Source: Malacoraja senta
Lineage: Eukaryota
Length of the DNA stretch: 64,000 nucleotides
Assembly (NCBI GenBank): GCA_038087875.1
Contig: CM075980.1
Location: forward strand, 44,082,001-44,146,000
Reading direction: 5' to 3'
Below the pieces are notes generated by a model. The model was given only the letters and a program-made list of their open reading frames with translations, searched no databases and was not told the origin of the DNA. Below are positions 38,240 through 50,624 of the stretch, piece after piece; the stretch's first letter is position 1, and each line of letters begins with the position of its first letter. Position numbers and translations under genes: made by a program.

Positions 38240-39040
38240 TTACTCTAGTGCAGAATCATATTTTTCCCTTTTAGGAACTTTCGGTGCTGGCACATAAGTA
38301 CGTTTGTACTGTCTTTTTTGAGACATTTCTGGTACTGGCTCTTCAGTAGGCCAGCACATATACTGCCTTTTTTCAGGCATTTCTGGCACTGGCTCTCCTG
38401 TAGGCCAACCACTGTAATACCTTTGCACAGTCATTTCTGATGGCTCTCCTGTAGGCCACCCTTGTGCCTGTCCCAACCAAGGCACACCCTGTGCTGTATC
38501 CTCCATTGGCCAACACCGACCTGATTCCTCCTGTGGGGTTCTTTGTAAATCATTCCCCATCAGGAGGTCTAAACTGGCGACCCTTGCAGCCATAACGTTT
38601 TCTGCTGCAGTCTACAGGTCGGGCCGACTTTTGTCCTGCCTTGCGCCCCGCCGCCAGCGGTTTAACGACACATTCGACCGTAACGGGAGTTGATGGCTTC
38701 GATGCCACTGCCTCCTCTTCCAGACGCCCGCTACCCTTAGCATCGGGGGTTTTACCTGCGGTGCGTCCCTGGCCTCTCCTTCCCCTACGCCCTTTCTCCA
38801 TTCTGAGTTTGTGTGGACCTCTGCCAACACGTCTGAGCGGGAAGAAAAGCGCCCTGTAAGTAAAAATGAAACCACTTACCTTGTCCGATTTTTGCTTTAA
38901 ATTTGCTTTACTCACCGCCTGGAGGAGCTGCTGCTCTTCCACACACGGTCATGAACGCTATGCGTCTGATCGATAATGACGCGTGTGCGGCTGGACGGGG
39001 TCTTCTTCACGTAGTCACTCACGTGACTCCGAAGTAAAAT
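38240..39040 (-). mobile_element. Probable DIRS (tyrosine-recombinase retrotransposon) 5' terminus and start of ORF1
   Basis: Starts ATTTTACTTCGGAGTCACGTGAGTGACTACGTGAAG, which I recall as a DIRS-type terminus; CpG-rich leader; low-complexity frameshifted ORFs 38550..38942 and 38240..38593; no RT or YR domain visible. Confidence 0.45.
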
Positions 39041-39138
39041 CATTAATCAATAGCTCAAATAGCATTGTTCTTTAGTTAGCAACAATGTTATTGAGGATTT
39101 TGTTTAAAAGTCAACATCTCTGGAGGTAAGGAATCGGT

Positions 39139-39166
39139 GACGTTTCGGGTCGAGACCCTTCTTCAG
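39139..39166 (-). ncRNA. Minimal hammerhead ribozyme motif (PLE type)
   Basis: CUGAAGA-A-GGGU(CUCG)ACCC-GAAA-CG-UC; intact core. Confidence 0.7.
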
Positions 39167-39706
39167 AAGTGTCTGGCACAACAGTTTTTTCTGCAACTGT
39201 CCCCAGGCATGTCCCTGGTTCATCCAAATCTGTGTAAGTAATTGAAGGCTTGGCTGGATGTGTGGGGACTGTAAAACGTATGTGTTTAGGTAACTTAAGG
39301 ATTGAGCATACAATGCCAGAGGACCTTCATAACCTGCTGTGCCTGTCCCACTGAGTTACTCCAGCATTTTGCGTCTATCTTCGGTGTAAACCAGCACCAG
39401 GAGTTCTTTCCTGCACACTTCTGTCAACGGGATGGATAAAGGATGTTCTATTTACAGCTCCATCTCTTCCCAACTGCAATACTCGCAACAGAAAGAAACC
39501 ACAGACCATACTGGGACGAAGTTTCTGACACCCAATATATCTGAACAACACATGTTAACGTTCTTAATAACAAACCCATACTAACTAAGCAAACAATTAG
39601 CCTTATTAAAGAAATTTCCACTAAATGGATTGGGAAATGTCGTCATTATGCAGTTAATTCCCCAGAGATTTTCCAGATTCATGATGGCATGAGGCAAGCA
39701 CCATAA

Positions 39707-40577
39707 AAGGGCTGTCCCACTGCAGCGACCTAATACGCGAGTTTGGAAGAGTTTGCCCGAGACTCATACTCACAGCATGGTCGACACGAGGTCCTAGGAG
39801 GTCTTTGTAACTCTCCTTCATGCTCGAGAGTAGTCCCCGCGTACTCGAGGCCTCAGCTAGGTCGCGGCGTTTTTTTCAACATGCTGAAAAATGCCCGCGA
39901 GTAAAAAAAGATCGCCATGGAAAAAATTGATATTTTTTTGCTCGTAGGTTTAGTCGAGGTAGGTCATAGTAGGTCGGCATGTTATCCTAGGTAATCAAAG
40001 GCAATCGAAGATAGTCGAAGGTAAAGCTCGTTGAGAAAAAAAAGGTAAGTAAACCGACCGGTAATGTTAAATGTCCGCTAAACTTTATTAAATGTTGTCT
40101 GGCTTCTTAAAAGTGTCTCCACTCCTTCTCCCCCCTTCTCTCCCCTTCTCTCCCCCTCTCTCCACTTCTCTCCCCCCCCCACCCCCCTCTCCGCGCTCTC
40201 TAAAGGACTTACTGTTACTGTGACAGCCGTCTTTTACCTTCCTGTTCATCGCGGGTGTGAATTTCAGACAGCGCTCCCACGCTTTCNNNNNNNNNNNNNN
40301 NNNNNNNNNNNNNNNNNNNNNNNNNNNNNNNNNNNNNNNNNNNNNNNNNNNNNNNNNNNNNNNNNNNNNNNNNNNNNNNNNNNNNNNNNNNNNNNNNNNN
40401 NNNNNNNNNNNNNNNNNNNNNNNNNNNNNNNNNNNNNNNNNNNNNNNNNNNNNNNNNNNNNNNNNNNNNNNNNNNNNNNGCTGACGGTCGATCCAGCTCG
40501 AGGTTTTTCAGGCGAGTGCCCTGGAGCTTGAAGGTCGAAGACAGCTGCTGAAAAGTTGCGTCAGTGGGACAGGCCCT
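39707..40577. mobile_element. PIF/Harbinger non-autonomous element (spans an N gap)
   Basis: TIRs AAGGGCTGTCCCACTG / CAGTGGGACAGGCCCT; TWA flanks. Confidence 0.75.
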
Positions 40578-40919
40578 TTAGTTTTCTCTGCAAAGTGCAG
40601 TCCTTTTCTTCTCACCCTTCTGATCATTTGGCACCTCCAGTGTAATATATGTGATTCATAGAGGTTAGACGGCACCACTCTAGTTGCCATCTGTGGTCAC
40701 TGCACTGATTTGGTTAAGGAGAAGTACATTTAATTTAAGAACATGCTTTTAAATGAGACCACTAATGCCTGACTTTCTGTCGTCACTCAATGGATAAGAT
40801 GCCAACAAATTTAACAAGTGGTGTTGGCAGCTTGCCAATCACTCAAATGAGCATGCCTCCCAGATTTGCACAGGCCTCTCCATTACATCATCAAGTACCT
40901 GTGGTAATTGCCATGACTG

Positions 40920-42735
40920 TAGTTCAGTTTTACATATACAGCGCGGAACCAGGCCCTTGGCACTGAGTCCACACTGACCAGCGATCCCCGCACACTAATG
41001 GCCCTGTCTCACGGTGCGAATCCACCCATGAGTGATCCCGAGTTTAAAACAAATCAAACTCGTGGTAATCACGTAGAATTAACGTAGAGGGAACGTCGGA
41101 ACTCGTAACGCTAACGGCAGGTACTCAGGAAACTTGTTAACTCGTGAAAATCTTTCAACATGATGAAAGATTTCCACGAGTCAAATTTACTCTTGAAGTA
41201 AAAATTTTAAAACTTTTAAACTCGTTGTAAGAACGTAGTAGCCCGTGAGTTTACCGTAGTGACTCGTGAGTCTTCCGTGGGCACTCTTTAACTCAGCGGG
41301 ACAGGCAGCATCTCTGGAAAGAAGGAATGGGTGACGGGATGAAGTTTCCAAAATTCTGCTGCGTCTTTGTGTTACTCCAGCACTGTGTGTTCACTTTTTG
41401 TCAACCAGCATCTGCCCTTTGTTGTGTATGACATTATTTGTATCCGTGACAGTTGATTGTCGCTCCCTTCAGTTTCCCAGGGGGTCGGGACGGGACTGGA
41501 GTTGGGAGGGAAAGGTGGGGGGGGGGAGGGGAGTGGAGGGGGGGGGTGGGGTGACTTAGTACGGGAGACAAGTGTAGGAGAGGTGTACTGACTGTGTGGG
41601 CAGACACTTTGGTAGTGATTGCCCATGGGGTTCACTGTCGAGGACTTCATAATGCAGAGAGCATTATAAACAGTTGCCGCAAAAAAAGATTTTGTGTGGA
41701 TCTGGTATATCTGGGTATTGAAGGCGCTTCTGGTCTGCAGTGTGCAATACAGTGCATCTTTAGAAAGGAAAAATACAAAACATGTCAATCCCACTGGATA
41801 GGCCTTAGTCATGGTGCTGTGCAACACGGAAACAGGTCCTTCGGCCCAGCTTGGCCGTGCCGTCCAAGTTGGCATCTTGGGATAGTCCTATTTGCCTGCA
41901 TGTGGCCCTCTAAACCCTTCCCATCCATTTATCTGTCGTTAATAACCTCAAGAAAATATTAAGTCTACGTGAGCCTGCTTCAGTTTCCTGGGTCCAACTC
42001 AGAGAGAAGTCTCCCCCCTTGCCAGGGTTAAACGCTCCACTGTTTATAATGCTCTCTTCATTATGAAGTCCTCGACAGTGAACCCCATGGGCAATCACTA
42101 CCAAAGTGTCTGCCCACACAGTCCGTACACCTCTCCTACACTTGTCTCCCGTACTAAGTCACCCCAACCCCTTCTCTCCGGAGATGCTGCCTGTCCCGCT
42201 GAGTTAAAGAGTGCCCACGGTAGACTCACGAGTCACTACGGTAAACCCACGGGCTACTACGTTCTTACAACGAGTTTAAAAGTTTAAAATTTTTACTTCA
42301 AGAGTAAATTTGACTCGTGGAAATCTTTCATCATGTTGAAAGATTTTCACGACTTAACAAGTTTCCCGAGTACCTGCCGTTAACGTTACGAGTTCTGACG
42401 TTCCCGCTACGTAAATTCTACGTGATTACCACGAGTTTGATTTGTTTTAAACTCGGGATCACTCGTGGGTGGACTCGCACCGTGAGACAGGGGTTTAACA
42501 CTACCCTACACACACTAGGGATGATCTACATTTTATACCAAGCCAATTAACCTACAAACCTGTATGTCTTTGGAGTGTGGGAGGAAACCGAAGAACTCGG
42601 AGGAAACCCATGCTGGTCACAGGGAGAACGTACAAACACCGTACAGACCGCACCCGTAGTTGGGATTGAACCCGGGTTTCAAGCGCTGTAAGTGCTGTAA
42701 GGCAGCAACTCTACCGCTGCGCCACGGTGATGCCC
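40920..42735 (-). mobile_element. HE1 SINE split by a long-TIR Harbinger element
   Basis: SINE tail at 40920-40998, remainder at 42496-42735. Confidence 0.8.
40999..42495. mobile_element. Foldback PIF/Harbinger derivative with composite long TIRs
   Basis: TAA TSD (40996-40998, 42496-42498); outer arms ~325 bp plus inner arms ~125 bp; body related to the 23373 MITE. Confidence 0.85.
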
Positions 42736-42848
42736 TTTTGGTGATAAAAGTCGCTGAAAACATTCATTGTGGCCAAAAGAGACTAATGGTAATAAGTGTG
42801 CTGGTCAGCTGATGGAGAAATTCCTCAAGGTATGATCAGGAAAAGTGA

Positions 42849-44050
42849 AGGTAGACACAAAATGCTGGAGAAACTCAGCGGGTGAGGCAGCATCTATGGA
42901 GAGAAGGAATTAGCGATGTTTCTGATGTCAGGGGAGGGGGCGGGACAAAGATAGAATGTAGGTGGAGACAGTAAGACTAGTGGGAGAACTGGGAAGGGGG
43001 AGGGGATGGTGAGAGAAAGCAAGGGCTACCTGAAGTTAGAGAAGTCAATGTTCATACTGCTGGGGTGTAAACTTCCCAAGCGAAATATGAGGTGCTGTTC
43101 CTCCAATTTGCGCTGGGTCTCACTCTGACAATGAAGGACGCCCAGGACAGAAAGATCAGATTGGGAATGGGAGGGGGAGTTGAAGTGCTGAGCCACGGGG
43201 AGATCAGTTTGGTTAAGCGGAGGTGTTCAGCAATATGATCGCCGAGCCTGCGCTTGGTTTCGCCGATGTACAGAAGTTGACACCTGGAACAGTGGATGCA
43301 GTAGATGAGGTTGGAGGAGGTGCAGGTGAACAATTCGCAGAGACCGTTCCCTCCGTAATTCCCTGGTCAACTCGTCCCTTCCCACCCAAACCGCCCCCTC
43401 CCCAGGTACTTTCCCCTACAACCGCAGGAGATGCAACACCTGTCTCTTTACCTCCCTCCTCGACTCCATCCAAGGACCCAAACAGTCTTTCCAGGTGAGG
43501 CAGAGGTTCACTTGAACCTCCTCCAACCTCATCTACTGCATCCGCTGTTCCAGGTGTCAACTTCTCTACATCGGCGAGACCAAGCGCAGGCTCGGCGATC
43601 GTTTCGCTGAACACCTCCGCTCAGTCCGTCTTAACCAAGCTGATCTCCCGGTGGCCCAACACTTCAACTCTCCCTCCAATTCCCAATCTGACCTTTCTGT
43701 CCTGGGCCTCCTCCATTGTCAGAGTGAGGCTCAGCGCAACTTGGAGGAACAGCACCTCATATTTCACTTAGGAAGTTTACAGCCCAGCGGTATGAACATT
43801 GACTTCTCCAACTTGACGTAGCCCTTTCTTTCTCACTCCATCCCCTCCCCCTTCCCAGTTTTCCCACTAGTCTTACTGCCTCCACCTACTTTGTCCCGCC
43901 ACCTCCCCCTGACATCAGTCTGAAGAAGGGTGTCGACCCGAAATGTCGCCAATTCCTTCTCTGCATAGATGCTGCTTCTCCCGCTGAGTTTCTCCAGCAT
44001 TTTGTTTCAACCTTCGTTTTTACCAGCATCTGCAGTTCTTTCTTAAACAT
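42849..44050. mobile_element. Penelope-like element 3' part (GIY-YIG + pLTR) in inverted arrangement
   Basis: FTCTSSNLIYCIHCSRCQLLYIGETKRRLGD on the minus strand (42849-43332) and on the plus strand (43333-44050); hammerhead at 43920-43947. Confidence 0.9.
43920..43947 (+). ncRNA. Minimal hammerhead ribozyme motif in PLE pLTR
   Basis: CUGAAGA-A-GGGU(GUCG)ACCC-GAAA-UG-UC, directly downstream of the GIY-YIG ORF. Confidence 0.65.
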
Positions 44051-44473
44051 CAGGAAAAGTGTTCAGGTGGAGTAGTGTGGTCTTTATTGTGGTTCTTGGA
44101 TGAATGCCAGACCTCTGAAATTCTGTGGGCTTCTTTTTAAATGTTCCACACATGCCAGAGTGAGGGGCCATGGGCATTCCTGAAAGAGATCGAGCCTTAA
44201 ACCATAGATCTAAATTCAGCAACGATTATGTTGCACAACACCAACCCTGGATAAAAGGACGCTAAACTCATCTTGGCATAGGTATGAATGCTATTTTGTT
44301 ACGGGCCAAGCTGATGCAACAACAAAGTTTGACAAGTTACGACATCAGATTAATTTCTTTTTACACAATCAACAGAACTATTCAAAATCCACTTCACAAA
44401 ATTGATGATGTCAGTGATGGTCAATTGCGAAATGTAAACTTTTAACCTTCTGACTAAGAGGCACATGTCTTAC

Positions 44474-44571
44474 CACTTGATCTGGCAAGACATTGATTGC
44501 TGTTCTTTTCCCCATCAAATGCTTTCATGAAAAAAATCATATGGAAGAATACACTTTCTTCTTCAAACCAG
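44474..44571 (-). other. Candidate 98-nt exon (unassigned)
   Basis: Acceptor ttcttctacAG, donor GTG|GTAAGA, single open frame WFEEESVFFHMIFFMKAFDGEKNSNQCLARSS; no homolog recognised. Confidence 0.3.
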
Positions 44572-45212
44572 CTGTAGAAGAACTATTTCACACTAACTTA
44601 AACAAATGTCAAGGTATTTCCTAGAATATATCTGTGACCAAACTTCATTGACAATAACAACTTTGAAAAGGCCTAAGGCAGTGAAAGGAGCTATGCAAAT
44701 ATCTAGCTTTTTATTATATTTACCTTATGGTTCGAAAAACATCTCTGCGACTGCAGGCAAATAATAGCAGAAGTTAAATACTTATGATGAGCATTTTTTA
44801 AATATATCACAGGATATGAACTTTGCTACCAATGTCAGCATTTATGCTTCATTTCCAAACGCTCTAGCAAAGGTGGCGGTGAACAAACATTCGTGAATCA
44901 CTGCAGTTTATATAAATATTTAATCCAAAATGTGTGTGTCGCAATATTTGGGCCTATGTCACTTTTTCTATTACTACTAACAATATTTTCCATTTTCTTG
45001 GTGACTTGTACTGGAATCTACACGATTTTCATACACTTGTCCTGAAGAGTGAATTGAATTTAATGTTGTCAGTCTCCTTTGGGCAAAAGTGTTGGGCAGC
45101 TCAACACGCTTATTTTGTTTTGTTCCCACTTTTGATTTCTGACCTGAAATATTAGCTGTTTCACTTCACAGCTGCAGCCTGAACTGCTGAGTATTGCCAC
45201 CATTTTCTGCTT

Positions 45213-47040
45213 TTAGACAATAAATAATAAACAATAGACAATAGGTGCAGTCGGCCATTTAGCCCTTCAAGCCAGCACGGCCATTCAATGTGATCATGGC
45301 TATTCATACACAATGAATACCCCGTTCCTGCCTTCTCCCCATATCCCCTGACTCCGCTATCTTTAAGGGCCCTATCTAGCTCTCTCTTGAAAGTATCCAG
45401 AGAACCTGCCTCCACCTAAGGCAGAGAATTCCACAGACTCACAACTCTCTGTGTGAAAAAGTGTTTCCTCATCACCGTTCTAAATAGCTTACCCCTTATT
45501 CTTAAACTGTGGCCCCTGGTTCTGGACTCCCCCAACATCGGGAACATGTTTCCTGCCTCTAGCGTGTCCAAACCCTTAATAATCTTATCTGTCTCATCCT
45601 TCAAAATTCCAGAGTATACAAGCCCAGCCACTCCATTCTCTCAGCATATGACAGACCCGCCATCCCGGGAATTAACCTTGTGAACCTATGCTGCACTCCC
45701 TCAATAGCAAGAATGTCCTTCCTCAAATTTGGAGACCAAAACTGCACTCAATACCCCAGGTGTAGTCTCACTAGGGCCCTGTACAACTGCAGAAGGCCCT
45801 CTTTGCTCCTATACTCAAATCCTCTTGTTATGAAGGCCAACATGCCATTCGCTTTCTTCACTGCCTGCTGTACCTGCATGCTTTCATTGACTGATGAACA
45901 AGGACCCCCAGATCTTGTTGTACTTCCCCTTTTCCCCAACTTGATACCATTTAGATAATAATCTTCCTTCCTGTTTCCGCTACCAAAGTGAATAACCTTA
46001 CATTTATCCACATTAAACTGCATCTGCCATGCATCTGCCCACTCACCCAACCTGTCCAAGTCACCATGCATTCTCATAGCATCCTCCTCACAGTTCACTG
46101 CCACCGAGCTTTGTGTCATCTGCAAATTTGCTAATGTTACTTGTAATCCCTTCATCTAAATCATTAATATATATTATAAATAGCTGCGGTCCCAGCACCG
46201 AGCCTTGCGGTACCCCACTAGTCATTGCCTGCCATTCTGAAAGGGACTCGTTAATCCCTACACTTTGTTTCCTGTCTGCCAACCAATTTTCTATCCATGT
46301 CAGCACTCTACCCCCAATACCATGTGCTCTAATTTTGCCTACTAATCTCCTATGTGGGACCTTATCAAATGCTTTTTGAAAGTCCAGATACACTACATCC
46401 ACTGGCTCTCACTTGTCCAATTTCCTAGTTACATCCTCAAAAAATTCCAGATGATTAGTCAAGCATGATTTCCCCTTCGTAAATCCATGCTGACTCGGAC
46501 CGATCCTGTCACTGCTATCCAAATGTGCCGCTATTTCATCTTTTATAATTGACTCCAGCATCTTCCTCACCACCGATGTCAGGCTAACTGGTCTATAATT
46601 CCCTGTTTTCTCTCTCCCGCCTTTCTTAAAAAGTGGGATAACATTAGCTACCCTCCAATCCACAGGAACTGATCCTGAATCTATAGAACATTGGAAAATG
46701 ATCACCAATGCGTCCACGATTTCTAGAGCCACTTCCTTAAGTACCCTGGGATGCAGACCATCAGGCCCTGGGGATTTATCAGCCTTCAGTCCCATCAGTC
46801 TACCCAACACCATTACCTGCCTAATGTGGATTTCCTTCAGTTCCTCCGTCACCCCAGATCCTCTGGCCACTACAATATCAGGAAGATTGTTTGTGTCCTG
46901 CTTCGTAAAGACAAATCCAAAGTATCTGTTCAACACATCTGCCATATCCTTGCTCCCCATAATAAATTCACCCGTTTCAGTCTTCAAGGGTCCAACTTTG
47001 ATCTTAACCAATTTGTTCCTCTTCACATACCTAAAGAAAT
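45213..47040 (-). mobile_element. CR1 LINE, RT domain and 3' end
   Basis: [51 protein letters not shown]. Confidence 0.95.
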
Positions 47041-47107
47041 TTTGGTTCAAATTTCCAGCATTCAGTAATTTTTTTTTGATTTCCCTTTACTTTGTTGCTG
47101 CCTTCAC

Positions 47108-48210
47108 TTTGTTTAGTTTAGAGATACAGCGCAGAAACTGGCTCTTCGGTCCACCGGTCATCCCCGCACTCTAATACTATCCTACACACTAGGGACAATT
47201 TATATTTATATCAAGCCAACTACAAACCTGTACATCTCTGGAGTGTGGGAGGAAACCGAAAATCAATAGACAATAGATAATAGACAATAGGTGCAGGAGT
47301 AGGCCAATCGGCCTTTCGAGCCAGCACCGCCTTTCGAGCCAGCACCGCCATTCAATGTGATCATGGCTGATCATGCACAATCAGTACCTCGTTCCTGCCT
47401 TCTCCCCATATCCCCTGACTTCGCTATCTTTAATGCCCTATCTAGCTCTTTCTTGAAAGTATCCAGAGATCCGGCCTCCACCGCCCTCTGAGGCAGAGAA
47501 TTCCACAGACTCACAACTCTCTGTGTGAAAAAGTGTGTTCTCGTCTCCGTTCTAAATGGCTTACCCCTTATACTTAAACTGTAGCCCCTGGTTCTGGACT
47601 TCCCCAACATCGGGAACATGTTTCCTGCCTCTAGCGTGTCCAAACCCTTAATAATCTTATATGTTTCAATAAGATCGCCTCTCATCCTTTTAAATTCCAA
47701 AGTATACAAGCCCAGCCGCTCCATCCTCTCAGCATATGACAGTCCCGCCATCCCGGGAATTAACCTTGTAAACCTACGCTGCACTCCCTCAATATCAAGA
47801 ATGTCCTTCCTCAAATTAGGGTACCAAAACTCCAGGTGTGGTCTCACAAGGGCCCTGTACAACTGCAGAAGGACTTCTTTGCTCCTATACTCAACTCCTC
47901 TTGTTATGAAGGCCAACATGCCATTCGCTTTCTTCACTGCCTGCTGTACCTGCATGCTTACTTTCATTGACTGATGAACAAGGACCCCCAGATCCCATTG
48001 TACTTCCCCTTTTTGGAACTTTCCCTTCCCCTTTTCCTAACTTGACTCCATTTAGATAATAATCTGCCTTTCTGTTTTTGCTCGGAGAAAAACCCACACA
48101 GGTCACAGAGAGAAGGTACAAACTCCGTCAGAGAGCACCCATATTCGGGATTGAACTCGGGTCTCTGGCGCTGTAAGGCAACAACTCTACCACTGCGCCA
48201 CTGTGCCGAC
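47108..48210 (-). mobile_element. HE1 SINE interrupted by a CR1 3' fragment (~47263-48080)
   Basis: ORF 47371..47967 is the CR1 C-terminus; SINE halves on both sides. Confidence 0.85.
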
Positions 48211-48784
48211 CTTACTTGTCCAGTAACAAAACGATATTCATACCAATGCCAGGATATGTTTATGGGACAATTTCCTCAGTCATCTATGCTGGAGCTAGTG
48301 TTATAGATATAAAGAAGTAAGACCATTGAAGGCATTTTTATTTACTAAAATGGCACAAAGTAGAAAGACAATACCAGGCTATTTGTGGTTGATAAAGATG
48401 CACAGAAATAACCTAACATTTGTAATTCTTTCCAACTTTCATTCTGAACTGTATTCTTAAATTATTACGCAGAATTCAGTTCAGACAAATAGACTATTTG
48501 TTAATTCATCTTAATCCTCATTGAATCTGGTTGGGCATTTATACGCCTCAGAAATGCACTGGACCTTCACACTCATTTGCTAATTCTGCTGCTTATTTCC
48601 ACAACTCACTAAATCTGGATTCTATATAAATAAAGAATATAAACTGCTTCACTGGCTGAAATCTACTATTCAAATAAATAAATAACTCAGCCTTTACTTT
48701 GTCTTGCTTCTATTTTAGTTTTTGTTTAGCAACATTTACTTTATAAACATTTGGCATCTCTGAAATAAGATTCAATTCAACTAA

Positions 48785-48907
48785 GAGTCTGAAGAAGGGT
48801 CTCGAACCGAATCGTCACCCATTCCTTCTCTCCAGAGATGCTGCCTGTCCCAGCATTATGTGTGTACCTTGGATTTAAACCGGCATCTGCAGTTCTTTCC
48901 TGCACAA
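48785..48907 (+). mobile_element. pLTR mini-insertion
   Basis: Starts at a degenerate hammerhead; flanked by the direct repeat AATTCAACTAA. Confidence 0.75.
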
Positions 48908-49356
48908 TTCAACTAACATTGTATTAATAAAAATAACAACTTGTTAGTACTTAAAAGCACCAGAATTAGAGCTTTTCATTTAGACTAACGGAATAAGATT
49001 GCCTGATTTTAAGTCTAGAATTTAAAAACATCTTCCAGGAAAGAAAAATAGGAGAGAACAAATGTAGAGCATAGGAAAGCAAAATCTTTAGGATTTAACA
49101 TCAAAGTTAGAAGCTTACAAATTACAGTCCACAAGGATTTTATGACATTAGAGTTAATGTTTTTAGCTTTACTTTCCGCTCACTGAGCCAGATTTCATGA
49201 ACTAGACATTAGAAGTAAACAGAATGCTGTATCAAGTCAAATATTTAATGAGTAGTGATTTACTAAATTATAGAAAATAACAGTAGAAATATTTTTCTTC
49301 AGTACAGTGAAATTTTCTGAATAATTATATTAATCCAGTGAATGATCAGCAATATA

Positions 49357-50397
49357 TAGGTATGTTACAAAACTTACCTTCAGTCGCGCTGTAATTCTGC
49401 CACTGGCCGTGTGTACGATTTTGGCGCCTTTAAGGGGGGGCGGGGTTAAAACACAGGTTTCTCCTCCCTTGTCCTGGTTAATATTTTGTTGGAGTACAAG
49501 CGTTGGCTGAAGAATCATTCCTAGTGGCTTTTTGTGTATTTTTTATTTTTATTAAATCGTCAATGTCAGCGCTAGAGTAATTTTAAAATCAGCTCCTGAA
49601 GCGTCAACGCCGATAACGGGGACGGATTTCACACACGGGACAGGTAAACGAAAGTGGTTTCTTTAAATGTATAAAAGTGCTTCTTAAGAAGCCTTTAATT
49701 CACATTTTTTCATGCGACACGGTGATTTTATTCCCCGAATTAACAGCAGTATTTTTCATGCCGATACGGGGTTAAATTCACCGCAAATGAATGTTCCAAA
49801 AGATCGCGTTCCAGAAATCCTCACTCACAAGATGATTTAAATGTGCATTAATTTACAGGTATTAAACATTCAATTCCTTCCATTTGGCCTGTAAATTCAT
49901 GAAAATGAGATTTAAAAATTATGTTATATTGTGAATTATTGTGTGAATGTTATTTGGACACTTAGGCTATTTAAAAATGTTAATCTATTCTTAAGAAATT
50001 GATAGATGTTTAGATCTAGTAATTGAATTTTGTAATTAGCTACAATTAGGTAACTAACTAATTATATGCTTTACTTTCATGTCTTCTAAGTAAGATTGTT
50101 TCATATTTGTTTCAGAATGCTTCAATCTATACTAACTGAAAATTTCTTTCAGTTATCTTAATTTTTAAGAAAGTTATGGGCTTTTAACTGTCCTCGATCA
50201 CAGCTTTTGTGTTAAGTCAATGGAAAAGCAATAGGGAACAAGATGCTAATTTCCGAGTATGAAAATGGCCATAACTTCTTTAATACTGAAGATATGAAAG
50301 TGAATTAGGTGTCAAATTAAACTTCTTTTTATGCTTTATCTGATGGGATAAATTGCAGACTTTATTTTTTAAATCTCAAAATTTTGTAACATTGCTA
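49357..50397. mobile_element. Non-autonomous DNA transposon with TAG...CTA termini
   Basis: Imperfect 16-bp TIRs TAGGTATGTTACAAAA / TTTTGTAACATTGCTA; superfamily uncertain (Academ/Kolobok-like); TSD unclear. Confidence 0.55.
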
Positions 50398-50624
50398 CAA
50401 TATATTCCAGTATTCCCAGAAACAATTGTCTGGGAATTGTCACTTATATTCAAGTTTGCATTGGGTTAAATATCTCCATATGGAGCATTATTTTATTATG
50501 ATGTTTACTTTAACACAAAATACATACGTAGATGTAAATTTTCCCAAACCAAGATAGGATATCAAACATGAAACTTCTTTGAGGGGGTCATTTTTAGCAG
50601 AGGATCCGTGTTCAAACAGAAACA

